The translations under genes and the position numbers were made by a program. Below the pieces are notes generated by a model, which worked only from the letters and a program-made list of their open reading frames with translations, was not told where the DNA came from and ran no database searches. From NCBI GenBank assembly GCA_009103225.1, contig RHPI01002069.1, positions 1,155,389 to 1,219,388 on the forward strand: a stretch of DNA of 64,000 bases, given 5' to 3'. Positions within the stretch are counted from its first letter, which is position 1, and each line of letters starts with the position of its first letter. Positions 49,500-60,070 of the stretch are shown here, piece by piece. Origin of the DNA: Chlorokybus atmophyticus. Taxonomy: Eukaryota > Plantae > Mesostigma and Chlorokybus algae.

Positions 49500-50420
49500 T
49501 CCAGAGTGGGCCAACTGCATCTGACAGGCCTCACACATCCAATCTCCCTTGGGAACCTTATTCGATGGTGGCGACAGGCATCATAATCCCCGCCAGCCAC
49601 GCATTTGTCACACAGCAGCATGCTTACTTCCCCGTCAGCACGTGCGCAGCCTTCACATCAGGCTGGTGTCGGGAATAGCTGCCTTAGGGTCCACAGCCCC
49701 ATTGATGTTGGGTAGTTGGCAAAGAGCACAGCGTTTCATCTGTTCTGTGCATGTTCTGGCATTGCTGCCCTTGAGTAAAAGTACGCCGTTGTTGCGCACC
49801 TCTTCAACTCTGAAGATTACATATTCCTAGCTCTGGTGTCCAGCGTGTGCTTGCTTTGACGGTGGAGATCGACATAATTCCCCCAAACTTCTACATGCAG
49901 GGCTTGCACAAGCCGCTGCGCACTCGAGCGAAGCGCTGAGAGTCTCCGTGTTGCGCAATGATCAGATTGTCCATCGCAATCGGCACCATGCGTTTGAACG
50001 ACGCCCTAGCAATGAGCTTTTTAACAAAACTTTGCTCATCTTATAAATCTACAATTGCCTCTGCAGACTTTTTAAACCTGTGTCCCATTATAATCCATGG
50101 CAGCTGGAAATCCCAGCTGCTCTTATCGTAACCGCGACAAAAATTTGCGCAGTCCTCTTTTCATAGTCTGCATTATTCTCTTAATGAGTTCATTTGCTGG
50201 GGGATGGTTGCGGTGCGTGCGACGATAATAAATGAAGTAATCATGTAGCAAGTCATCAAACTGGCCCCGAATCTGTGCCTTGATCTATTAGCAGTTCCGC
50301 ACATCCCTCAAATCTGCTCAACATCGAGTTGAGAAAAGCCTCTTTAAAAGTGTTGATGTCTTTGTTCGCAAGTGGGGTTACCTCCACTGTAACGGATCGC
50401 TACCTCCAAAGAGGTTCCTG
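49500..50420 (-). mobile_element. Degenerate Ty3/Gypsy integrase followed by a PHD finger (REM1/Chlamyvir-like remnant)
   Basis: With stops/frameshifts: VEVTPLANKD..AFLNSMLSRFEGCAELLIDQGT, RIMQTMKRGLRK, MDNLIIAQH, VLLLKG; then CEGC..MLLCDKC..CLSPPSNKVPKGDWMCEAC. Confidence 0.8.
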
Positions 50421-50523
50421 CCCTTATTTAGGATTCATAAAGGGTCTCAACGAATTTACAGCCAATTAAGCCATATCAGGGCCGTTGACCTAATGTTAAT
50501 GCCCTAATGTAGTGTTAATTATC

Positions 50524-50728
50524 TGTAACACCGATTTACTATTGATATTTACATGAGATTTTTGTCTCATGTCGATATCAGTTGTATGGCAGCACTGCCA
50601 ATGCAGCAGCAGCCATAGCCTGGGCATCTTCTGTTCCGGCGGTGTGGTCCGAGTGGCTAGTGGCGATGTTGGGGTAGGGGATTTAAGGGAGGAGGTAGCA
50701 CCCCCTCTCCTTACATTGGTATCGGAGC
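50524..50728 (+). mobile_element. Putative 5' LTR (50524-50715, TGTAAC...TTACA) plus primer-binding site TGGTATCGGAGC
   Basis: TG...CA termini followed after 1 nt by an iMet-tRNA-type PBS; no second copy seen in the window. Confidence 0.65.
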
Positions 50729-51599
50729 AAGGGTGAAGAAGGGCCTGTGGGGGGCGGCGGCGGCTTGGGCGTGGAGGCGGCAGTAGTGACCAATGGCGGA
50801 AGCGACTGCAGCAGCGGCGGCAGCAACTGCAGCGGCCGCCGCGGCAACTAGCAGTTGTTACCCATTATGGTGGGTAGTGGTGGTTAATAGCTGATTGTTG
50901 TTGTGGTGGTCATTGTCGCTGCTGGTGTAGCTTAGCTTTGCTCGCTTGCTTGCTTCGCTGAGCCTAGCCTAGTTGCCCTGGCCTAGCCTAGCTTGCTATT
51001 AGGGAAGGCGGCCACTCACCTTTCCTTCAAGTATTGCATGCCCATTACTTGGTGAAACACATTATATTTCACTTATGTATGCTTGCCACCACATGGATGC
51101 GGGTGGTGTGAAGGGTTTAAAGATTTTTTTACATTTGCAACGTTTCGGGGGGCAGTCCGGTGGCAACATCGGCTGCTTTCCACCACTTTTAAGTGCGGTA
51201 AGGCCCGGCCTCACGGGCGGGCAATACATCGCCAGGATCACTCTGAGCGGCTGATATCAATCTCACAACTTGTTAATGTCGGCCTGTAGGGCTTATTTAG
51301 CGATATTTTGACATCTTGTGTATCAATTGCAATTGTAAGTTCAGCTAAGTTGTGACAAAGTGAAAATTTTGAATTGCTATAGCTTGTAAACCGTCGCGTG
51401 GATTTGCGCGCGGTTTATGTCAAAGCAAGTGCCTAGTTGAGAGGTGTGTGGAGAGCTCTTGTTTGAGCTGAATACTTCACGTTAAGCACTTGAAACTTGA
51501 CGAGGCGAAATCAATAGATTGTAACACTTCTGAAGTGCACAACTTGTGTATTTGAGCACTTGCACACTTTCAATATTGACGACTTGTGACCTTAGGCAG

Positions 51600-54200
51600 A
51601 TGTCTGACGAAAGAGAGGAAGGTGTGGGGTATCCTTCCATGGCTGAAAAGCCAACATCATACGAGCCATCTAGTGATGAGGAAGTGAATGACTCGGACAC
51701 GAGTGAAAGCTGTCAGCTTACTGCAGTGACAAGGAAGAAGAAGGCACGCAGCAGAGCAATGCTTCTCTCAACCAGTCTTGTAAACGTGGACCAGTGGTCA
51801 GTTAGAGTGTCATCGGCGGGGCCTTTGAGAAGTATGCCTCGGAGCGTAAGGCTCTGATTGCTGCCCACCCTCAGCTTCGTTAGGAAACGTGGATGCATGG
51901 GCGCAGAAGGTTCGTAATGGCTATGAGACAGACTTTGCCACACTCCCTCGCGCAAGCAAGGAGATGGTGATCCGCATGCTTGAGCACGAGTTGACGAAAA
52001 ACATCCCGCCACTTGTGCGAGGTGATCCGATGGTGGCTGCTCTCATGACCATATATAATAAGCCACTTACAAACGAAGGGAAGCGCATGGCGTTTGAGGC
52101 TTTGGCCAACTTAGTGGTGGAAGCCTCACAGTGTTGCAAGGACGTGTGCTGCTAATTGCAATCTGACTTGGAAAACAAGTTGACAGGTTGAGTGAAGTTG
52201 GCGGCACGCCTCGATAATGTGCAGTTTGAGTTGGTGGCGCTGCGCCAACAAGTGGCGGGTGCTACTTGAGCAACAAATGCATCAGCGGGGCTGCCGATTA
52301 CAGCGCTGAACAAGCTTAAGGAGTTCAAGCCCCACCGTTGTGTCGGCATCCACGACTGGGTGGTTACTGTTGAGCGCTACTTGGTAGCAGTGAAGTGCCC
52401 AATTGGTGAGCACATTGGTGTTGCTGAGTTGCTCATGCCATGTGACGCTCTTGCCGAGTGGGCAAGGCAGAGAAGAAAGGATGGTGCGGCCAAAACAGTG
52501 GAAGCACTATTTAAGTTCCTTGTGGAGCGCTATGGTGGCATGGATCCCGCTATTCAGGCTTGCAACAACCTTAACAAGTTGCGACAGAATGGCCGGGCGG
52601 GTTCAATCTACCTGCAGGAGTTCTAAGCATTGGTGGGTCGCGTGAACAGAGGCCTCATGCCCATGGACAAGGCAGAGCACTTTGAGTGGTACAAGCGTGG
52701 TTTGAATGCACGTGTGCGCGATCAGCTGCAATACAACACGGCAACAAGACTTCTTTGAGTTCCTTACTACTTGGCCAATTTGTAGATTTTGAGCGTATAT
52801 CTATAAAGGGATGAACCGGCGGTGCAGGAGAAGGCACATGTGGCAGCTGCGGCCAAGCCGCAAGGGGTGGGAGGAAAGCATTACTGTCACGAATTGGGAT
52901 AAATTGTGACAGACCTCACTCATGGTAGTGTCTTGTACTACTATAGCCTAGTGGTCGGGCCCCAATTGTTACAATGGTAACGGAGCTTGACGTATCAGGT
53001 TCAATTCCCGTAGGGAACTGAGGCAGATCCAAGGCGAAAACAAAACATTTGGGGCGGCTTGCCCTAGGCTGGGCGCGGGATCACAACATGCGCACCGAGC
53101 TAGTTCAACCTAAGGCCGTGTGAGCGGTCGCGCTGCGATGGCAGGTCGCGCGGTGAGGATGGCTGTTCGGTCGGTCAGGACCGTTCGTGGGCCGGATCCA
53201 ACAGGCCGCGGGCAGACTAATCGTGGTACGGTCGCGAATGCGGCGACGTGGGCTAGTGCCTAATTATGAGGAACTCATGGGTTAGACTGGGGAGGAATGT
53301 CACGAATTGAGATAAATTGTGACAGACCTCACTCATGGTAGTGTCTTTTACTACCATAGCCTAGTGGTCGGGCCCCAATTGTTACAATTACCCTCAGCCG
53401 AGTGCGCACACGGTAAAGAAGGTGAAGACATTCACGCCTCATATCGGTGGCACATCTGCTGGTGGTGCTACACCAACAGCGGCTTGCACTTGTTGTCTAC
53501 CATCAGCCGAGCCACATTGCGAAGAACTGCCCCACCAAGAAGGGCAAGGCTATGAAGCGTGAATAGCATTACGCCGTGACCGATGCAGATGCGGGTGATA
53601 GCCAGTTGCTTGAGATGCAAGCAGCAAGCTGGTTTGATGACCTATCCTAAGTGCATGTAATGACACATGCATGACAAGTACATGACAAGTTGCCACTCTT
53701 TGATGTTGAAAAAGTGGAAGAGAATGCTTGTGTGCTGATACAAATATAACATGCTTACCGATGTGTTGCATGCATTAACCGAGTTGCATAAGTATAGTAT
53801 CGAACCTTAAGTATGGTGGTAATGGTGCCCGAGTATCATGGCCCATGGTTAAAGCATACCTAGGGGGGTCTGTGTTTAAGCAACTTTTCAATTGTGAAAC
53901 AAGCACAGTGCGGTTGTTATTAATACTAATCAACCCTTGCAGTAGTCACGGACTCTTGGCTACATTTCAACTGGCGGTAGCTCTGTTGTGGACACTCAGT
54001 GGCACAATGCAGGGTGTAAATAGTTCGTTCTTGATTAACACTTGTGCAACACACAACTTTGTTGAGGAACAATGGGTTGTGCGCAATAAGATAGCGTGTA
54101 AACCCTCAGCATTTTCAGCTGCCGGTGCCGCGGGTGCGTTGCCAATGAAAGGGGGAATAAAAATGAAGGTAAGATTGGTAACTATCATGCCACTCCTACT
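51600..54200 (+). mobile_element. Degenerate Ty3/Gypsy gag-protease remnant (probably belongs to the 50524 LTR)
   Basis: Retrotransposon-gag-like ...FLVERYGG..QACNNLNKLRQNG..YLQEF*..WYKRGLNARVRDQL; decayed knuckle HIAKNCP (~53515-53533); protease-like FLINTCATHNFV (~54025-54062); many stops. Confidence 0.75.
52885..53386 (+). mobile_element. Complete 502-bp TRIM (miniature LTR retrotransposon)
   Basis: 89-bp LTRs 52885-52973 and 53298-53386 (3 mismatches, TGTCAC...GTTACA), PBS TGGTAACGGAGC at 52975, PPT GGGGAGGAA before the 3' LTR, exact 5-bp TSD ATTAC (52880-84, 53387-91). Confidence 0.95.
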
Positions 54201-54312
54201 TTCATAGTAATATCCATCGACATATCTGGTGTGGATGTAGTATTATGACAGGAATGGCAAGAGAATGTCAAATTGACATTGAATACCGTTGCAAATTTTA
54301 CACAGTGACTAA

Positions 54313-55500
54313 TTAGGGACTGAGGGACAACAAGTCTTCTGCTTCAACATCGGAGTCATCTTCATCTGCAGCCTTGCTCGCTGACAATACAGCGGCTACT
54401 TCGTCCTTCAGCTTGAATATCAACACCTCGCTGTGCGCTTGATGGTTACTTTGAGAGTGACCACCTGCATTTGGTATTGCTGTAAGAGTGGCGTGCTGCC
54501 AGAAGACTAGCCCATCAACATACACATGCTTACCTCATCTTTTGCTTTGTTGCACTCCGCCAGGCAAACAGCTAGCCTGCCGCGCTGCTCTCGGTTCACT
54601 CTAACCAACATGGCAATCTGCAAGCATACTGATTAATTGCCGCTGAAACCTTAAACTAGGTCATGGGTTACCCATTCGTGGTACTCCGCAGCTTCTCTTT
54701 TACGACTTGTGAGCTCCTGCAAGTAGAATTAGGCTGTGCATTTGCGAGATTGGTCATGCTGTTCATGTGCATTACACTGGCGGCTGTGCATGAGGGTGTG
54801 CATGTGGTATTAACAGTGTATGTCATGTGCAAGATACTTGAGACTGTACATGTGCAAGAGAAAAGAACCCTATCGTGTGGCATTGAGAGTGCATCGCAAC
54901 CCACCTTGGTCATGCCAATCTTGTTTGGTCCCTTTAATCATGTCGCCGTGGTCGCAGCTGCTGGTGGGTCGGATGTTCTTAGAGGCGGTATTGTGGTGTG
55001 CCTTTGCCCACTCGGAGGGGGAACCCTGTAAAATATCGCCCAAGACACTGTTGTCATTGGCTGTGCCCTTCGTAGGCATGGTGGGGTTTGACACCAAGGA
55101 CACCCCACCGGCACCTTGCCCGCCCTATGCAAACATGGGTTTCATCCCGGTCTTCAACCACAACGCCCACTATGCCCCTGGAAGCGCCGCCAACGATCCA
55201 CTAAACGCCACAAACCCTCGTTACCGCCCTGTAAGGGCATAGCTTGGCGGAGCCATCAATGGTGTTTTTATGCGCAGGGACTGGCATTGCCAGCAGGTGT
55301 CAATGGTACGAACTGCCAATGCCACTGTACAAAAGTACCATTTCAATGCTACTTTTTGGCAAAGGCATCTTCGTTCCATTGAATCGGTTCAATCAGGATA
55401 TTTATGCAGACTCAGCCCACCTTGGACGTGCAATGGCTCAATCGCACTATAGTATTGGTACAACGGAGCCGTCACGCCAGTAAATGGCGGCCAAGTTTCC
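54313..55500 (-). pseudogene. Decayed spliced gene of unknown family, head-to-head with the Plavaka transposase
   Basis: Frame with stops: LNRFNGTKMP...HVCIGRARCRWGVLGVKPHHAY..CLGRYFTGFP...HSQCHTIGFFSLAH|, then GT-AG-bounded coiled-coil-like exons ELTSRKREAAEYHEW, IAMLVRVNREQRGRL..., ending ...EDLLSLSP*. Confidence 0.5.
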
Positions 55501-56596
55501 CGCCTCTTACATGCAAGGGTAGCGGTGGCGGCGGCGGCTGTGCGTGTCGCTGGATATGATGATGCAGGTTACATTGGCGACACCTATGTCGACGTCAGTA
55601 GTGAGCTATGGGAGTTCTTTGTCCGTATTGCCACATGCGCTTCGCCACACGCAGCTCGGTCTACATGCACATTGTTAGCAGCAGGGTGTGCAAGCAAATC
55701 AAGCTGTATGTCGGCCAGTGTCCATTACAGTACAATGCGGGTCATGTTGAACCGGGGAGTTCGATTTAAGATGCGCACATGCTTGATGCTGAAGGACCTC
55801 TCCAGGAGACACACGCACGGCAGCAACAGGAGGAGGAGGAAGTGCACAAGGGCTTTCAATGTGTGCGTTTGCCTGAGAAACCTGTGGCACGCCACCATGG
55901 AAGAGGCGTCCCTTCGCATGTGTCAAAATTCAGGTGGTATGGCTTGGAGCATGCTCTTGCAGTGGCATTCGTGCAGTGCAACAACGGCCAAGGCCTGTCG
56001 GCCTCCAATATGGGGCGAATCATCAAGTGCATCCAAAATGCACACTTCCTAACGGAATAGCTCAAGTGGGAAACCGGTGTGCATGTGGCCAGCTACCTCC
56101 GGACCACAATTGCTTTCTCTTAGTCTAAGGTATGTTCACGGTGTGCGGTGCCTGTGCTTCAACCATCAGAGCCATGTCACATATGCACATGCGAGTGTGC
56201 TGCCGTATCAGAACTACGTGACGGCTGACCTGCTCAACCACACTGCTTGACGTTAATGGACCATAATTGGTCCGTGCCTTTAAGCCGGGATTTTGCCCTG
56301 CTTAATGAAATCGGTGGGTCATGTATAGTCCGGCGTCATTGACAATCGGACCATGCATGGTCTAAACCTCACGTGAACGGTCCCATGTTTTTTGGGGGTC
56401 GCACCATGTTTGGTCCGGCCGGTTTCCGGTCGCGTCAGGACCAGGTACGAGCCAGGCAGCGGACCAGGAACTTAATCATAAAAATGTACTTAAACAATTA
56501 TTACTGGTTCGGCCAGCGGACCATTGACCGCAGTATTTATTTATTTATTCATGAGCATCAGATGCTATTGCAAATGACGAAAGAATGTTCTATCTT

Positions 56597-57630
56597 CAGT
56601 CGGGTCGCCCGAGGGGCTTTTTCCTGCTACCCATCTTGCAAACCTCGACCCCGTGTGTCGGGCGCGATCCGCGTGTTGCGCGAGGAGTCGCATGGCAAAG
56701 TGCTGGCTGCCGGGGTTGGGCAGTCCTGTATTTGCGCGTGGATTCATGGCGGATCGAGGTGGGACGTGATGGGTTGGGAGGATTGGGTGGGGTGGTGAGT
56801 CCTCAAGCTTCGATGCGGGTCGCGGCGTTACGTGGTATAACGGCGTCGTGACTCTGCAACCTATTTAGCGTTTTAACTGGATATGACCGGCCAAATGTCG
56901 ATGCTGTTGACGAGAGATCAACGATGGTGTTATGTTGCGAGTACTTGATTGTCAACGCATGCATGTCAACAAATGGTTATCGTATGTTGTTGTGCTCATG
57001 CAAGCGATGTGCCTCGTCGACGATCCACGCGACCTTGCATGCATCCAAGCCAGACCGCCGCCGGCCTGGTGCCCAGGCAGGCGGCGGTCACAAATGGCGC
57101 AATGAGGGTCGGCGCTGACTGGCTGGTCGAATCTAACGCCCCCCCACTACTACAGGGCACATGCTGCAATGCCGCCGCCGCCTCTCCCTGCGGCACACAA
57201 CGACACCGCCCTCCCCACCAAGGAGGAGGTGACAGTGGCCCGGCATGACCGCGCGGACAACCCGAGCAACCCGCGGACATGACACGCATGGCATCGACAG
57301 CCCGATTTTACGAGCGCGGCACTTCACGTCGGTCCGCGGCGACACACGCCGACCAGACCGCGCAAACCATTACGAAACGCACCGACATTCGCTGCACACG
57401 GCGTGTCACATCCTGCTCGACCAACCGAACAACACAGGACCCGCCGTGCCCCAGCACGGCACATCCCGTTAAAGTAGCGAGTTTTTGGCTCCCGAGGCAA
57501 GGCACATCCACGCGGATGCGCAGACCCTAAACCACTTTGTATCCAGGCCAAACCCTCGGACACACAGCATGTCGCGCGGAGGCGACAAGCCATTTTCTGC
57601 GAGATGGAAACCCCTCGGGCGACCCGACTG
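56597..57630. mobile_element. 1,034-bp non-coding TIR element
   Basis: Perfect 20-bp TIRs CAGTCGGGTCGCCCGAGGGG (56597-56616) / CCCCTCGGGCGACCCGACTG (57611-57630); splits one copy of a ~148-bp tandem duplication. Confidence 0.85.
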
Positions 57631-57635
57631 TCCTT

Positions 57636-57867
57636 AGCTGATGGCACCAGCCACGCCCGGCGTGCGGGGCCGCAGGCTGCAGCGCACGAGGCCGCGGCAT
57701 CTTAGAAAGAATTAGTGAAGACCTATTTATGTATTCATAAGCATCAGATGCTATTGCAAATGACGAAAAAATGTTCTATCTTGAGCCGACGGCACCAGCC
57801 ACGCCCGGCGTGCGGGGCCGCGGCCTGCAGCGCACGAGGCCGCGGCATCTTAGAAAGAATTAGTGAA
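57636..57867 (+). repeat. ~148-bp tandem duplication (intact copy 57720-57867; other copy 56530-56596 + 57636-57719)
   Basis: GCATCAGATGCTATTGCAAATGACGAAA..AATGTTCTATCTT and GGCACCAGCCACGCCCGG...TTAGAAAGAATTAGTGAA each occur twice. Confidence 0.85.
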
Positions 57868-58943
57868 AAACACATGCATCCACCGAGAATCGGCCCCAGC
57901 CACAAACGACACTCTAACCACTAAGCTACATGTGCACGTACCGCTAGGGACAGTACTTGCATTGTAGACTGTACCGACGGCCGCTTGGCGACTGTCGGCG
58001 GAAAATTGGTGCACAGGAAGTCGGCGTTGTGAGTTGACAGGCCCATAGGCAGTGCATGTGCTATCAATTTGCATAGGCTATACCAGTATTAATCCATGGT
58101 ATCACATTATTTAGTTCATTATTGATAACACAGACAGCCGCAACTCGGCGGCTGCCAAGGTTTGTAAACTACAATGCTTTGCTGGGGGCTGTCCATAAGT
58201 ATGTAACCTTGTTTGGGGTTGTCAATATCCTGCTTGCGTGCGCATACACACACCCACATGTGTATATATGTAAGCATTTTTGTATATATATACACGTTTA
58301 CATGATATACATACCAAACACTGAGCATTGCGGCACCAACGTAGGTGTTTACTGGCTGGACACAATGCTTGGTCGGGGCTGTCAATTATTGTGCGGTCTC
58401 ATAAAAGGCTACTATAAGTGACGTGATTTATGTATACTTTTAATACGTATTTTTACATGCGACATACCTTGTATACGGCTCACCCCAAATTACGATTGAG
58501 ATAACCATTAAAACCTGCGTATTTATGCGTGTAGGATTGAACCCATTTGTGCACACGTTTTATTTCTAATATTTATTTATATTACATATATATTATATGC
58601 TAGCCATAATGCATTGACGTATACACAGCCAGCCTGCGGAACGAGAGGCTGGGCAGAGGGGCGGGGCAGAGGGGCCTTGCCAGATCAGCGGCGACAAGGG
58701 TTTGCAGTTGAGGCGACGGCACAATGACAGCAAGAGGAGTAGGGGGAGGCGGAGGAGAGAGAACACGCGGAGCGGGGGACGAAGAAGTAGGGAAGCAGGG
58801 GAAGGACAGATGGAGAGGGAGAGAGGGAGGGAGACTGTGGGAGAGGGGGAGAGAGGGAGGGAGAGGGAGTGTGCTGCCTGCTGCCTGCTGCTGTTACGCT
58901 GCACCTGGACTACCGTGGTTGACGCTGCTGCTCGTGTGTTGCA

Positions 58944-59130
58944 CAGGTAATCAACCAACAATACGCATGTATGCATGCCTAACGGGGAGGTCTAGAGTAG
59001 GGTAGTGTGGAGGGTAAACAGGCAGTCAATAGCCCGGTGGTGGTGTATGTGACTGTGTTTGCATGCTGGTTGGTATGCTATGCTGTTGTGACGTCATGCA
59101 TGTCGCCAATTGTCTCGCGCATATCTTGTA
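58944..59130 (+). repeat. Dispersed repeat, copy 2 (related to 21603-21785)
   Basis: Same core as copy 1. Confidence 0.8.
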
Positions 59131-59602
59131 CATGCATAATATTCATATTTACGTAGATACTTAGATAAACGCATAGAACATGTTAATGGTGCATGTTCAC
59201 AAATTTTTGCAAGTGCACGTACGGTACTATGAAGTATGTTGATTGCATAGACAGCTCCTTACAGCTTAATTGACAGCCGGCCGGCTGGCAATCAGCCGCC
59301 GACCATTTGCGGCTATCCACTGGCGGTTGTCCACGGTGTATAGCCGACAGTCGGTGCGGCTGTCGGCTATACACGCCGTACATTAACACGTTAAGTGCAC
59401 TTGTGCAATCAGGCATTTAGGCAATCTATTGTACCTTACATAGGTTGTTGCTACCTACTCATGATAGCGGCAGGGCCGCGGTCATTGGTCCGTGCCGCAC
59501 CGTACAAAGTGCGGCGCGGACCGTGTGGCACCATGTACGGTGCGTGCTATTAGGGCCACAGGACTGCGGGACCGCACCTGGTCCGCATTCAGGGCCAGCG
59601 TA

Positions 59603-60070
59603 CAGTCTTACCCCGTTAAAAGACTTCGCTTTAAGGGAATAACCCCGCTAAGATCATGGATTATCAAAAGACCAATGGTTTTACAGGCAAATATCTTCGG
59701 TTAGTGGAATAGTCTTGTACGTAATAAGACTAAAGAGAAGGCTTGCAAATTTAAATGGGCTCAGTCTTGTAACGGGGGAATACCTTGTTAATAGCATGAT
59801 TGTCTTGTTGATATTAGAATAATTATATAAACTAAATCATTAAGTTCATATATTATATTGTATGGTTTATAGAGGAAATATGAATATAAATTTTACCACG
59901 TTAGCAAATGATGACGTGGCTTGAGGTTATCGGTCGATACCCCCATTAACAGAATATATATCCTTTAAACAATAAAAGAATATATAGTTTTATAAGCGCC
60001 AAGAGAATAACCCCGTTAGTGGAATAAAAAGCTGAAAGATAAACGTGATTTCTATAACGGGGGTAGCCTG
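59603..60070. mobile_element. 468-bp AT-rich Tc1/mariner-type MITE
   Basis: TA|CAGTCTTACCCCGTTAAAAGA ... TCTATAACGGGGGTAGCCTG|TA: imperfect TIRs starting CAG with TA TSD; internal CCCCGTTA motifs. Confidence 0.7.

Noticed and set aside
50645-50665. A-box-like TGGTCCGAGTGGCTAGTGGCG in the larger LTR
   Set aside because: One base off consensus and no B-box downstream; too weak to extend the Pol III hypothesis.
52930-53020. Possible tRNA gene
   Set aside because: D- and T-arm motifs present but anticodon and acceptor stems do not pair; it lies inside a TRIM, so it is reported as a promoter-like relic only.
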